Positions 1 through 9,240 of a stretch of 64,000 bases of DNA are shown here, piece by piece (position 1 is the stretch's first letter; every line of letters begins with the position of its first letter). Made by a program: the position numbers and the translations under genes. Below the pieces are notes generated by a model that was given only the letters and a program-made list of their open reading frames with translations, was not told where the DNA came from and did no database searches. The stretch is from an uncultured Candidatus Saccharibacteria bacterium (GTDB taxonomy: Bacteria > Patescibacteriota > Minisyncoccia > UBA6257 > 1-14-0-10-44-23), in contig CAYWPI010000001.1 in assembly GCA_964460325.1 (NCBI GenBank), positions 11,105-75,104 of the forward strand. Direction: 5' to 3'.

Positions 1-257
1 GCCGCGCTTTTTTAGTCGCACAATAGTACTACTGGCGGTATCCCGTGCGGCCAAAATATGATCCCCGCACGGGGTTCCAGGTTATGCAGAAGAGATACTT
101 TACGCTGCGCTCCAGCGCCACTGGATTAATTAACGGAGATCACAGCATCTCCTCCAAGTCTGCGCGTAAAGAAGAACCGCTGCATAGGAGCGGCATAGCG
201 ATAACCTGCGGTCGCTTACGTAGCCACTCTCAACCAAGCAGAAAATAAGATTCAAAA

Positions 258-279
258 TGCACACGGTGCACCGTGTGCA
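258..279. promoter_or_regulatory. Perfect 22-bp palindrome TGCACACGGTGCACCGTGTGCA downstream of leuS
   Basis: Read directly from the sequence. Function unknown; candidate operator or hairpin. Confidence 0.3.
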
Positions 280-379
280 GAGCACTGCTTTCTCTGCGAT
301 GCCTTTGGTTGCGATGCAGAGAAACCCGCACGCTCGGTGCCTCCTTTGGGGGCGCCGAGCGTAATTTTTTTCAAATAGT

Positions 380-3301
380 TTAAATAATAAAATTAATAAG
401 TCGATTCGATACAAAAATAACTTTCTTGGGAGTGGCACTGAGCCATTTTTTTGTTTCTTCGCGTCCTGTCGCTAATTTCTCCGCATCGGCTTGTGAGATG
501 CCCATTGGTGCCGAAACTTTATCGCGCACTTTTCCATTCACCTGAATAATAAGCTCAAAAGCATCTTCAACAATTAATTTTGCGTCATAAGCTGGCCACT
601 CGCTGACGTGGATACTTGGAGAAGCTTTTAGCTTTAAGCTGTTAGCTGTTAGCTTCTGCCAGAGCTCCTCGGTAAGGTGCGGGGCAAATGGTGCGAGAAT
701 CTGCAGAAATGCTTTCCAGATATCGCTTGGCATTGATTCTTTACTCGCCGCTTCGTTTACAAACACCATCATCGAACTGATTGCGGTGTTAAACGACATT
801 GATTCGATATCCTCTGAGACCTTCTTGATCGTCTTGTGCAGTGATTTTTCCAGGTCAGGGTTCTCCCCTTTTTTCACAACCTTTTCAATTCCGATACGAT
901 AGACGCGCTCCAAGAAACGAGTGCAGCCTAAAATGCCGTGCGGGTCCCAACTGATCGCTTGATTAAACGGTCCCATAAACATCTCATACATGCGGAGTGC
1001 ATCAGCACCAAACTCCGCGATGATATCGTCCGGATTAATGACATTGCCGAGCGACTTACTCATCTTTGAACCGTCCGCGGCGAGCACCATGCCGTGGCTG
1101 GTTCGTTTCTGATACGGCTCGCTTGTTGGCACGAGGCCAAGGTCGCGCAGGAACATATTCCAAAAACGGGAATATAAAAGGTGAAGCACGGTGTGCTCCA
1201 TGCCGCCGTTGTACCAATCCACCGGCATAAAGTATTCGAGCGCCTTCTTGCTCGCAAACTCCTTTTTATTTTTCGGGTCGAGATAGCGCAAGAAGTACCA
1301 TGAAGACCCTGCCCAGTTTGGCATAGTGTCGGTCTCGCGCTTGGCCGGCTTCTTGCACTTCGGGCACTTCACATTCACAAAGCTCTCAATGGCTGAAAGC
1401 GGACTTTCGCCCGTGTCGGTCGGCTGATACTTTTCCACTTTTGGCAGCTTCACGGGCAAGTCTTTTTCTGGAACAGCTACCCAGCCGTCGGTTTCACACT
1501 TAATGAGCGGAATCGGCTCACCCCAATAGCGCTGACGAGAAAATACCCAGTCACGGAGTTTATATTTCACTGTTTTCTTACCGCCGGTAATTTTAATCGC
1601 CTCATCTATAGAGATGAGTGGCTTATTCACTATCGGTAATTTAAACTTTTCAGCGAAAGCTCGGTCACGCTCGTCGTGCTGCGGCACCGCCATAATCGCT
1701 CCCGTTCCATACGTCGAAAGAACATAGTCGGCCACCCATACCGGAATCTCTTGCTTGGTCGCCGGGTTAATCGCCTTGATGCCCTTCAGCTCCACGCCCG
1801 TCTTTCCTTGTCCTGAGCCCGCCGAAGGATCTTTTTCGAAAGCAAGGCGCTCCTCCTCGGGTTTGTTCTTTACGCTCGCGATATACTTTTGAACTTCTCC
1901 AAAGTTAGAGATGAGAGGTCGGAGGTCGGAGATTAGTTTATGCTCAGGAGCAAGCACCATATAGGTTGCTCCAAACAATGTGTCGGGACGGGTAGTAAAT
2001 ACCTTCAGAGAAGGCACTACTTCCTGTAATAGTTCCGGGAATGCGTTTGTACCACCCATGTCGGCTGGCATAAAATGCCCATAATTAGGAAATTGGATCA
2101 ATCTTCCTCCAAGTTCCGCTGCATAAAGCCTTGCGCTTTTTTGATGTCTTTCTTTGTCCTGCTCACCAATAAAAACAACCACTTCGTCGCAGTACTCTTT
2201 GATGTTTTTATCAATAATAAAATCAGACCATAGCCGCTTTTCGGGCGTTGCATCATCGGCAGGTATTTTCGCGGCAGCAACAAGAACCAGCTTCGCAATA
2301 TTTTTTTTACTTTCGCTCAGCCATCGAACTAAAAATGCACCGCCACAGCTGTGCCCGATAAGCACGGTTTGTGCATCGATATTTAGTTTTTCAATTTCAG
2401 CCTTCCATTCTTCATAGTTTGGGCGCCATGCATTCGGCATGACAGGGTTATAAACCTGAATACCTTCTGTAGTGAGTTTTCGGCGCATCCAAGAGATCCA
2501 GTGTTTATCACTATCAGTCTCAACGTTAATAAATGATTCTTTATTCGGTGGACAGCCATGGATCATTACACATTTCGTGATCTTTTTTGTGGCAATCTTA
2601 AAATCAATCTCCACACCTTCGCTCCGGCCAATCCAATTCGTCTGTTGGGTAACCGCTTGGGGAATATAATCTAAACCCTCCAAACCCTTGAGGAGCTTAT
2701 CAGCATACTTCGTGATGGCAATCATCCACTGCTCCTTCTCGCGCTTTTCAACCGGGCCACCGCAGCGATCGCACACGCCGCCGGCCGCCTCTTCGTTAGC
2801 CAGGCCAATCTTATCCTTGGGGCACCAGTTGATATATGTTTTTGCCTTATATGCCAATCCTTTCTCAAAAAACTTCAAAAACATCCACTGCGTCCACTTA
2901 TAATATTCTGGGTCAGTGGTATCGATTTCTCTCTCCCAATCAAAGCCAAAACCCATCGCTTTAAGCTGACGACGGAAGTTGTCAGTATTCTGCTTGGTCG
3001 CCACCGCAGGGTCGATACCCATCTTTATGGCATAGTTTTCGGTCGGCAACCCGAACGCATCCCAGCCGATGGGATATAAAACATTAAAGCCCTCCATACG
3101 GCGTTTGCGCGTGATGATGTCCATCGCAGTCTGCGAACGGACGTGCCCAACGTGCATACCGGCGCCAGACGGATATGGAAACTCAATTAGGCCGTAAAAC
3201 TTCGGCTTTTTACCCCCCGTCTTGGCTTGATAGAGCTTTTTCTTTTCCCAAACGGATTGCCAATGCTTCTCGAAAGTTTTTCTGGCCTCGTTATAATTCA
3301 T
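380..3301 (-). CDS. leuS: Leucyl-tRNA synthetase with an extra inserted alpha/beta-hydrolase (RBBP9/YdeN-like) domain ahead of the CP1 editing domain
   Basis: 973-aa ORF. HIGH motif (HVGH), KMSKS motif, CP1 editing motifs TTRPDTLFGAT and AVPQHDERD. Extra ~188-aa segment (residues ~238-425) carries GHSCGG and YGHF motifs. Confidence 0.9.
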   Translation of the reverse strand: MNYNEARKTFEKHWQSVWEKKKLYQAKTGGKKPKFYGLIEFPYPSGAGMHVGHVRSQTAMDIITRKRRMEGFNVLYPIGWDAFGLPTENYAIKMGIDPAVATKQNTDNFRRQLKAMGFGFDWEREIDTTDPEYYKWTQWMFLKFFEKGLAYKAKTYINWCPKDKIGLANEEAAGGVCDRCGGPVEKREKEQWMIAITKYADKLLKGLEGLDYIPQAVTQQTNWIGRSEGVEIDFKIATKKITKCVMIHGCPPNKESFINVETDSDKHWISWMRRKLTTEGIQVYNPVMPNAWRPNYEEWKAEIEKLNIDAQTVLIGHSCGGAFLVRWLSESKKNIAKLVLVAAAKIPADDATPEKRLWSDFIIDKNIKEYCDEVVVFIGEQDKERHQKSARLYAAELGGRLIQFPNYGHFMPADMGGTNAFPELLQEVVPSLKVFTTRPDTLFGATYMVLAPEHKLISDLRPLISNFGEVQKYIASVKNKPEEERLAFEKDPSAGSGQGKTGVELKGIKAINPATKQEIPVWVADYVLSTYGTGAIMAVPQHDERDRAFAEKFKLPIVNKPLISIDEAIKITGGKKTVKYKLRDWVFSRQRYWGEPIPLIKCETDGWVAVPEKDLPVKLPKVEKYQPTDTGESPLSAIESFVNVKCPKCKKPAKRETDTMPNWAGSSWYFLRYLDPKNKKEFASKKALEYFMPVDWYNGGMEHTVLHLLYSRFWNMFLRDLGLVPTSEPYQKRTSHGMVLAADGSKMSKSLGNVINPDDIIAEFGADALRMYEMFMGPFNQAISWDPHGILGCTRFLERVYRIGIEKVVKKGENPDLEKSLHKTIKKVSEDIESMSFNTAISSMMVFVNEAASKESMPSDIWKAFLQILAPFAPHLTEELWQKLTANSLKLKASPSIHVSEWPAYDAKLIVEDAFELIIQVNGKVRDKVSAPMGISQADAEKLATGREETKKWLSATPKKVIFVSNRLINFII

Positions 3302-3366
3302 GTTAGATAGAAATAAGAAGTATGAAGTAGGAATTATGAATTGAATACATACTTAATTCTTGATTC

Positions 3367-4218
3367 TTAAATCTTAATTCTGAAAACGCGTTCTGCGTTT
3401 TCTTTCACCATCTCCTCTATACGATTATACGAGACGCCGCGGATTTCCGCCATTTTTTGGGCAACCTCAATAACATAAACCGGTTCATTACGCTGGCCTC
3501 GCTTTGACTGCGGGGCGACATACGGTGCGTCGGTTTCAACAAGGATTCTATCCTCTGGAATAAGACGGATGCTCTCGTCATAATCCCGGGCGAACGTAAT
3601 CACGCCGCCGAAGGTGAAATAGAAACCAGCAGCAATCATCTTCTTTGTCGTCTGCGGCGAACCGACGTAAAAATGCGAGATTTTTGGGATATTTTTTAGG
3701 GTTTCATCCGAAAGGATTTCAAGCAGATCCGTATATGCATCGTCACTTCCCTTTGAGGGGCGGCAGTGTATCATAAGCGGCTTGTTTACTGCGACCGCGA
3801 TCCGAGCGTGTTGGACAAATACCTCAATCTGCTTTGCCTTCGTCTTTATCAGATCGGCGGGGCGATAATAGTCCAAACCGCATTCGCCGATCGCTACCAC
3901 TTTCGGATCTTTGGCGAGTTCAAGATAAGTATTTACATCAAAAACCTCTCCACGGCTCGTAAATGCCTTTGCAGCTTCACCGCCACCAAGCTCCTGGCTG
4001 TCGTGATATGACCTTTCCGTATGAGTCGGATGTAAGCCAACCGTTGCATACACGGGTTTATCTTCAAACTCATGCGCCACCTCAATCGCTTTACGCGAAG
4101 TGTCCACCTGTGTGCCAACATTTATAAGGCCAACGCCTGCCTGAAGAGCCCGGCTTATAACCTCCTTATAGTCTTTCTCGAATGCCGCGAAGTGCGCGTG
4201 GGTGTGTGAATCAAACAT
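3367..4218 (-). CDS. tatD: TatD-family metal-dependent hydrolase/DNase
   Basis: The MFDSHTHAHF N-terminus is typical of TatD. The ORF-track start at 4263 is a TTG codon, so the ATG at 4216-4218 is the likelier start. ECGLDY motif present. Confidence 0.8.
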   Translation of the reverse strand: MFDSHTHAHFAAFEKDYKEVISRALQAGVGLINVGTQVDTSRKAIEVAHEFEDKPVYATVGLHPTHTERSYHDSQELGGGEAAKAFTSRGEVFDVNTYLELAKDPKVVAIGECGLDYYRPADLIKTKAKQIEVFVQHARIAVAVNKPLMIHCRPSKGSDDAYTDLLEILSDETLKNIPKISHFYVGSPQTTKKMIAAGFYFTFGGVITFARDYDESIRLIPEDRILVETDAPYVAPQSKRGQRNEPVYVIEVAQKMAEIRGVSYNRIEEMVKENAERVFRIKI

Positions 4219-4289
4219 AGAATTAACTTCATAAGTGTACGTGACTTTGAGTACATTTGACAATTAGTATCAATATCCGCTTTACTTAT

Positions 4290-4715
4290 ACCAGCCTACA
4301 GGGCTGGCGCGTTCAGGTGAGTTTGCGAGGCAGCATTGATTCCCTCTCTCCCTCCCATTCCTGCCCAAACGGATCGCCGTGAAGGCGAACCACTGCCGCC
4401 GCATCTATCTGACGCGCCACCCTGTTTTACATGCCCACAAGCACCCTTCACAGGGTGCGCCGTCCCGGGATTACATCACCCGGCAGCTAAGGAGAACTCT
4501 GTCTTGGGAACTACATCGTGACCTGATTTACTTGGAGGAAATCAGGAAACCAACCCAAGATTGATATAGAGGCTTGAGTGATGTGACGGGGCAGACACCC
4601 CCCCGCAAACGTCGTTCGTCTCCGAAAAATTCTCCTTAGCCTCAACGGTTCTTGGCCGAAAGGCCCGCGAAGTCGAGCCAGCATCCCCTACGGAAGCTGG
4701 CTCGAATTTATTTTC
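4290..4715 (+). ncRNA. Candidate structured non-coding RNA of unknown class
   Basis: A 460-nt gene-free gap between metG and tatD with locally raised GC. Long-range 11-bp inverted repeat GCTAAGGAGAA (~4487) pairing with TTCTCCTTAGC (~4632). Hairpin GAGCCAGC...GCTGGCTC followed by a T-run at ~4683-4715, oriented as a plus-strand terminator. No RNase P, tmRNA or SRP signature recognised. Confidence 0.3.
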
Positions 4716-4722
4716 CAAATAC

Positions 4723-6174
4723 TCAACCTATTCGCGGGAACAGTGAAGTTGCTGGCTTTGAACACAAATACTGCTTTCTTTCTTTATCAACCACAATACA
4801 AGCTTGAATTTTTGCGGCCGTCTCAGGTAAAAACGGCACCAAAAGATATGCGGCAGTAGAAAGCATATAAAGCAAGCTCACTAACGCCGCACCCTGCTCC
4901 GGTGAACCGACAGTAAGCTCCCATGGCTTTTTTGCGTTTACATATCCATCACCATATCCGATCAACTTCCAAATAGCCGCCAACGCATCATGAAAACGCA
5001 AAGACTGCATGTGAACTTCCACAGCCTTCGTTGCCTCTTCGATTGCCGTGGTTGTTCCCGCTTCAATTTTCTGCTCCAAATCAAACGAAAGCGCGCCAAA
5101 CTTTTGCGCCAAAGTCAGCACGCGGCTGGCAAAATTACCCAGCCCGTTCGCAAGATCAGCATTGAAACGCAGTTTAAACTTCTCATCCGTAAAATCTCCG
5201 TCGTCGTCTGAAGGCACTTCGCGCAAAAGATAATAACGGACTGGCTCGACGCCATACTTGGCGACAAGCTCCATCGGATCAATGACGTTACCAATGCTCT
5301 TAGACATCTTGTGACCATCCACTGTTACAAAACCATGCACAAATAGCTTCTTCGGAAGCGGAAGCTTTGCCGAGAGCAAGATAGCGGGCCAATAAACAGC
5401 ATGAAAACGAATGATGTCTTTGCCAATAATATGCAAGTCGGCTGGCCACCGATCGGGAGCCGCAGAGCGATAGACGTTGAGCGCGTCAAACCAAACATAC
5501 ATAATGTGGTGCTCGTCGCCAGGAACCGGAACGCCCCATCCACGTGAGCGGCTTATAGAACGGGAAATGCTTAAATCCTCTAGCCCATGACGGATAAAGG
5601 CAAGTGCTTCATTTTTGCGAAATGCCGGCTCAATAAGATACTCCCCGCTTTGAATAAGCTCCTGCAATTTTTCTTGATAACTCGAAAGCTTAAAAAAGTA
5701 ATTCTCCTCTTCAACCTCCTCCACTGGTCTGCCTGGATGCAAGGGGCACTCACCGCGCTCACTGAGCTCATCCTTGGTATAAAATGCCTCGCAACCAACG
5801 CAATAAAGCCCTTTATAACGCTTTTTATAAATATCGTTACTTGCCTCACAACGCTTCCACAGTTCCTGCGCGGATGCAACGTGATCCGCGCTACTACTGC
5901 GCTGAAACTTGTCTATCGAAACATTGAATACTTTCAGAAAATCCTGAAATGCACCCGCATATTTATCAGTGAGCGCCTTTACGCTCATCCCTTCTTTTTC
6001 TGCCGCCTGAACAATTTTGAGCGAGTTTTCATCGGCGCCGGAAACATAGAACGTATCATCGCCCTTTTGGCGGTGCCAGCGGGCCAAAGTATCGCCCTGC
6101 ACAAATTCAAGCGCATGACCCATGTGCGGTTTGGCGTTAACATAGGGAATGGCGGCAGTGAGGTAGTATTTCAT
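4723..6174 (-). CDS. metG: Methionyl-tRNA synthetase, short form
   Basis: MKYYLTAAIPYVNAKPHMGHA N-terminus (HMGH) and KMSKSIGNVIDP motif. Confidence 0.9.
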   Translation of the reverse strand: MKYYLTAAIPYVNAKPHMGHALEFVQGDTLARWHRQKGDDTFYVSGADENSLKIVQAAEKEGMSVKALTDKYAGAFQDFLKVFNVSIDKFQRSSSADHVASAQELWKRCEASNDIYKKRYKGLYCVGCEAFYTKDELSERGECPLHPGRPVEEVEEENYFFKLSSYQEKLQELIQSGEYLIEPAFRKNEALAFIRHGLEDLSISRSISRSRGWGVPVPGDEHHIMYVWFDALNVYRSAAPDRWPADLHIIGKDIIRFHAVYWPAILLSAKLPLPKKLFVHGFVTVDGHKMSKSIGNVIDPMELVAKYGVEPVRYYLLREVPSDDDGDFTDEKFKLRFNADLANGLGNFASRVLTLAQKFGALSFDLEQKIEAGTTTAIEEATKAVEVHMQSLRFHDALAAIWKLIGYGDGYVNAKKPWELTVGSPEQGAALVSLLYMLSTAAYLLVPFLPETAAKIQACIVVDKERKQYLCSKPATSLFPRIG

Positions 6175-6271
6175 TGGGTAGCTGTGAGCGATTAGCTATA
6201 AGCTTTAAGCTTCTTTAAAAGCATAAGAAAAAATGCCGACTTCCACAAGCTTACAGCTAACAGCTTGTAGC

Positions 6272-7303
6272 TTAAAGCTGGCCTTCTGTCGGCGGTAAAA
6301 CCGGACGATGACTAACCGACCAGTCGCGTAACATCTCTTGCACCAACACCGCAAGGGGCACTGCCAAGATGACGCCAATGAGCCCAAAGATCTTGCCACC
6401 CATAAGAAGCGATACAAGCACAATGACCGGATTAAGATTCGTGCTCTTCCCCATAACAGTCGGAATAAGCAGGTGGCTTTCAATTTGCTGAATAACAATA
6501 AAAAGGACAAGCGTATACAGCCCAAGAGTCACCGATTCAGTTAGCGCAAAAAGCACTGCCATACCGCCTGAAAATATCGGCCCAACGTATGGGATAAGCT
6601 CAAAGGCGCCCGCCAGCATGCCAAGAATAAGACTGTATTTTACGCCCAAAATCCATAAACCGATAAAGACAGCAAGCCCCACAATAAGACTTAGCAGTAA
6701 TTGGCCGCGAAACCATAAACTGATTTTACGCCTAACTCGTTCATAAATCGTGAGTACCTTTTCATGGTGCTGATATGGCAAAACCGTGATTAAAAATTTT
6801 TCAACACCGTCTCGCCCCACGGTAAGATAAAACGAGATAACAAACACGATGGCAGCGAAAAAGAGGCCGCCCAAAAATCGAGAGAAAATAGTGATGATAG
6901 TAATTTTACCGCCAAGAAAACCGGCCGTCACTTCATTTAGTCCCTGAATAAGCCCATCGAACACCCTTGCCCCTTCTTCGCCAAAATTTTGCACAATGGA
7001 ACCCATAAAACCGCCCGAGTTACTCAAGATACTATTAAGTTCCACCAACGCAACGGGAACCAGAAGATAAATAATAATCGCAACAAAAAGAATGGCGATA
7101 ATATAAATTGCCAGCGTGCCCAAAATACGTGGCACATTCTTGCGCTCAAGAAAGCTGACCCATGGATCAAGCGCCGAGGAAATGATAATCGCTAAAAACA
7201 CGGCAACCAAAATTTCGCGGGTCACAAAAAGTGCCGCCACAAGCCCCATCATCGCTAACACCTTCCATAGGGCTCCCCAACTTATTCCTCGGTCTTCAAT
7301 CAT
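6272..7303 (-). CDS. AI-2E family (PerM/YhhT-like) transporter
   Basis: 343 aa with multiple transmembrane segments and AI-2E-like hydrophobic pattern. Confidence 0.7.
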   Translation of the reverse strand: MIEDRGISWGALWKVLAMMGLVAALFVTREILVAVFLAIIISSALDPWVSFLERKNVPRILGTLAIYIIAILFVAIIIYLLVPVALVELNSILSNSGGFMGSIVQNFGEEGARVFDGLIQGLNEVTAGFLGGKITIITIFSRFLGGLFFAAIVFVISFYLTVGRDGVEKFLITVLPYQHHEKVLTIYERVRRKISLWFRGQLLLSLIVGLAVFIGLWILGVKYSLILGMLAGAFELIPYVGPIFSGGMAVLFALTESVTLGLYTLVLFIVIQQIESHLLIPTVMGKSTNLNPVIVLVSLLMGGKIFGLIGVILAVPLAVLVQEMLRDWSVSHRPVLPPTEGQL

Positions 7304-7430
7304 TATAGATATTAAAACACGCCATCGTAGTAACCGTAAACCCCCACACCAAACGTGGAACAGTCTCAGAGTTAGTAGCGGAGCTAGGCCTCCACATGTG
7401 ATGTGGGAGTAAAATATAATTGACCCCGAA

Positions 7431-8702
7431 CTATACGCTTAAGAGCTGCTCAAACTCCTTTTTGTCCTCATAGGGGCCAAGAATCGCCAGATTAAGCCGA
7501 TCATTGGTAAAATACTCAGTTGCCAGCTTTTGGATATCCTCCGCACGAACCGCGTGAATTTTTTTAATTAATTCATCGGTGGTGATGAGCTTTTTAGAAA
7601 GCACCTCCTGCACCCCATAGAAAACGGCCAACGCGTCCGAACCCTCTAATCCAAGCAGCATATTGCCAACATAATGGCTCTTTGCCCGTTCAAGCTCCGC
7701 CGGGCTTACTAACTCTGTTTTAAGCCGGCGGAACTCTTTGAGCATTTCAGTAATGACTGTTTTTGCCTTTGAAAGTTCAAGCCCCGCGGCGGCGGCGAAA
7801 TAACCATGATCGGTATAAAGATCAGCAGACGCCCGAACGTAATACGCAGCGCCGAGTTGTTCTCGCAACAGTTGAAAAAGACGCGAGCTCATTCCTCCGC
7901 CAAGAATATCACCCAATATCTCAAGAGCGAATCGCCGTTTGTCGTGCAAATCAAAGGTCCGAACCCCAAGCACGATATGCGCCTGATCGGACTTTTTGTA
8001 TTTCAACAGCACCTGCGGCGAGGCCTGCTGTTCCTTCACTGCCGACTTACCATGCTTTTTGCCATGCTCCATTTTGCCAAACAGTTCAGTTGCTCGCTTG
8101 ATCATTTTTTTCTCGTCGAACGCGCCGGCAATAACAAACGTAGTGGCTGACGGAACATAATGCTCACTGCGATAGCGCACAATATCCTCACGAGTCATTT
8201 TTGTAATAAGTTCTGGTTCGCCAGCAATATCCCACCCGGCAGGCTGATCGCCATACAGCAAATGCATGAACAGGTCGCCGATTTTGCGTTGCGGCATATC
8301 TTCATACATATGTATCTCTTCGATAATGACACCCTTTTCTTTTTCAATCTCTGCCGCGTCAAAAATGGGGTTGAGATAAAGATCAGCGATAATATCCAGT
8401 GCTTTCTCTCCCTTATCAGCACTCACCTTGGCGTAATAACCAGTATACTCATGACTGGTAAACGCGTTTGATTGAGCACCTAGGCCATCAAGTTCGCCGG
8501 CAATCATACTTGGCTTTGGCCGATTGATGGTGCCCTTAAAACAGAGATGCTCTAAAAAATGCGATATGCCATTGATTCGCTTTTCTTCATACTTACTGCC
8601 CGTTTCAACAAGCGCGAGCACGGTAAGCGCAACGGCATTTTCCTGCGGAACCGTAATAATGCGTAATCCGTTTTCAAGAATAGTCTTATTAAAATGCTGC
8701 AT
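7431..8702 (-). CDS. M16-family zinc peptidase (pitrilysin-like)
   Basis: Inverted zincin motif HFLEH near the N-terminus; 423 aa. Confidence 0.8.
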   Translation of the reverse strand: MQHFNKTILENGLRIITVPQENAVALTVLALVETGSKYEEKRINGISHFLEHLCFKGTINRPKPSMIAGELDGLGAQSNAFTSHEYTGYYAKVSADKGEKALDIIADLYLNPIFDAAEIEKEKGVIIEEIHMYEDMPQRKIGDLFMHLLYGDQPAGWDIAGEPELITKMTREDIVRYRSEHYVPSATTFVIAGAFDEKKMIKRATELFGKMEHGKKHGKSAVKEQQASPQVLLKYKKSDQAHIVLGVRTFDLHDKRRFALEILGDILGGGMSSRLFQLLREQLGAAYYVRASADLYTDHGYFAAAAGLELSKAKTVITEMLKEFRRLKTELVSPAELERAKSHYVGNMLLGLEGSDALAVFYGVQEVLSKKLITTDELIKKIHAVRAEDIQKLATEYFTNDRLNLAILGPYEDKKEFEQLLSV

Positions 8703-8823
8703 GCCAGTTTTCTTTAAATTAATATTTAACTAGAAAATTGAGCACCCCGTGAAATACAAAGTTTATTTCACTGGGGTGGATTCAATCACAAGATGTATTC
8801 CAGCAGTATAAACGAGAATGAAT

Positions 8824-8869
8824 TTTAAAAAAAGACAGCGCCCCGCCACCTCCGAAGAGGGGCGGGGCG
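8824..8869 (-). terminator. Rho-independent terminator of the high-GC cassette gene
   Basis: Hairpin CGCCCCGCC...GGCGGGGCG followed by a T-run on the minus strand. Confidence 0.6.
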
Positions 8870-8894
8870 AGCGGCGACCGCGCAGAGAATCGTG

Positions 8895-9200
8895 TCATCC
8901 CAAGGGAAGGGCACGGAAGAGCTCGGGATTCGAAAGAGCCCAGAGCGTTCCCGCCATGCCCCTCTGCGTCCAGTGGGGACAGACCGGCTTGGAGGGCTCC
9001 TGGCGTATGAGTCGCGAGGAGGTGAACTCACTCTGACGGATCTCGTAGAGGGAAAAGACTCGCTCGGCTCTCCCGGGCTTCGCTTTCTCCGCAGTCCAGC
9101 GCGAAAGTGCGACTGCATCGGATTCAGCCTCGAATTCGATCCGGATTACCGCGGTGCACTTGCCACAGTGATCGATCATGAGCAGGTACTGCATTGGCAC
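8895..9200 (-). CDS. Hypothetical 101-aa protein, high-GC cassette a; possibly YciI-like or Cys-containing
   Basis: Canonical SD GGAGGTG 5 nt before the ATG and its own terminator. Local GC ~60% against a ~45% backbone. Confidence 0.5.
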   Translation of the reverse strand: MPMQYLLMIDHCGKCTAVIRIEFEAESDAVALSRWTAEKAKPGRAERVFSLYEIRQSEFTSSRLIRQEPSKPVCPHWTQRGMAGTLWALSNPELFRALPLG

Positions 9201-9240
9201 CTCCTTGTCGTGACGGCAACCTTGTTATACTCCCGGCGCC

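Noticed and set aside
45-438. ORFs of 67 and 102 aa in the first 440 nt, in a GC-moderate region with palindromes
   Set aside because: They overlap the leuS 3' end and terminator region. They have no ribosome-binding site and an arbitrary composition. The window edge also prevents any judgement, so they are treated as non-coding.
4290-4715. Assigning the structured region to RNase P RNA or tmRNA
   Set aside because: I could not find the P4 (AGGAAAGUCCGG / ACAGAAACCCGGCUUA) or tmRNA acceptor/T-arm/tag consensus by eye. The class is left unassigned.
5587-6195. 202-aa plus-strand ORF inside metG
   Set aside because: It is antisense to a confidently identified metG and has no independent support.
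629-6270. AGCT-rich motifs (AGCTGTTAGCTGTTAGC inside leuS at ~629-660 and AGCTTAAAGCT / AGCTAACAGCT between the AI-2E gene and metG at ~6196-6270) as a repeat family
   Set aside because: They are short, imperfect and low-complexity. The intergenic copy is more simply an imperfect terminator hairpin for the upstream gene.
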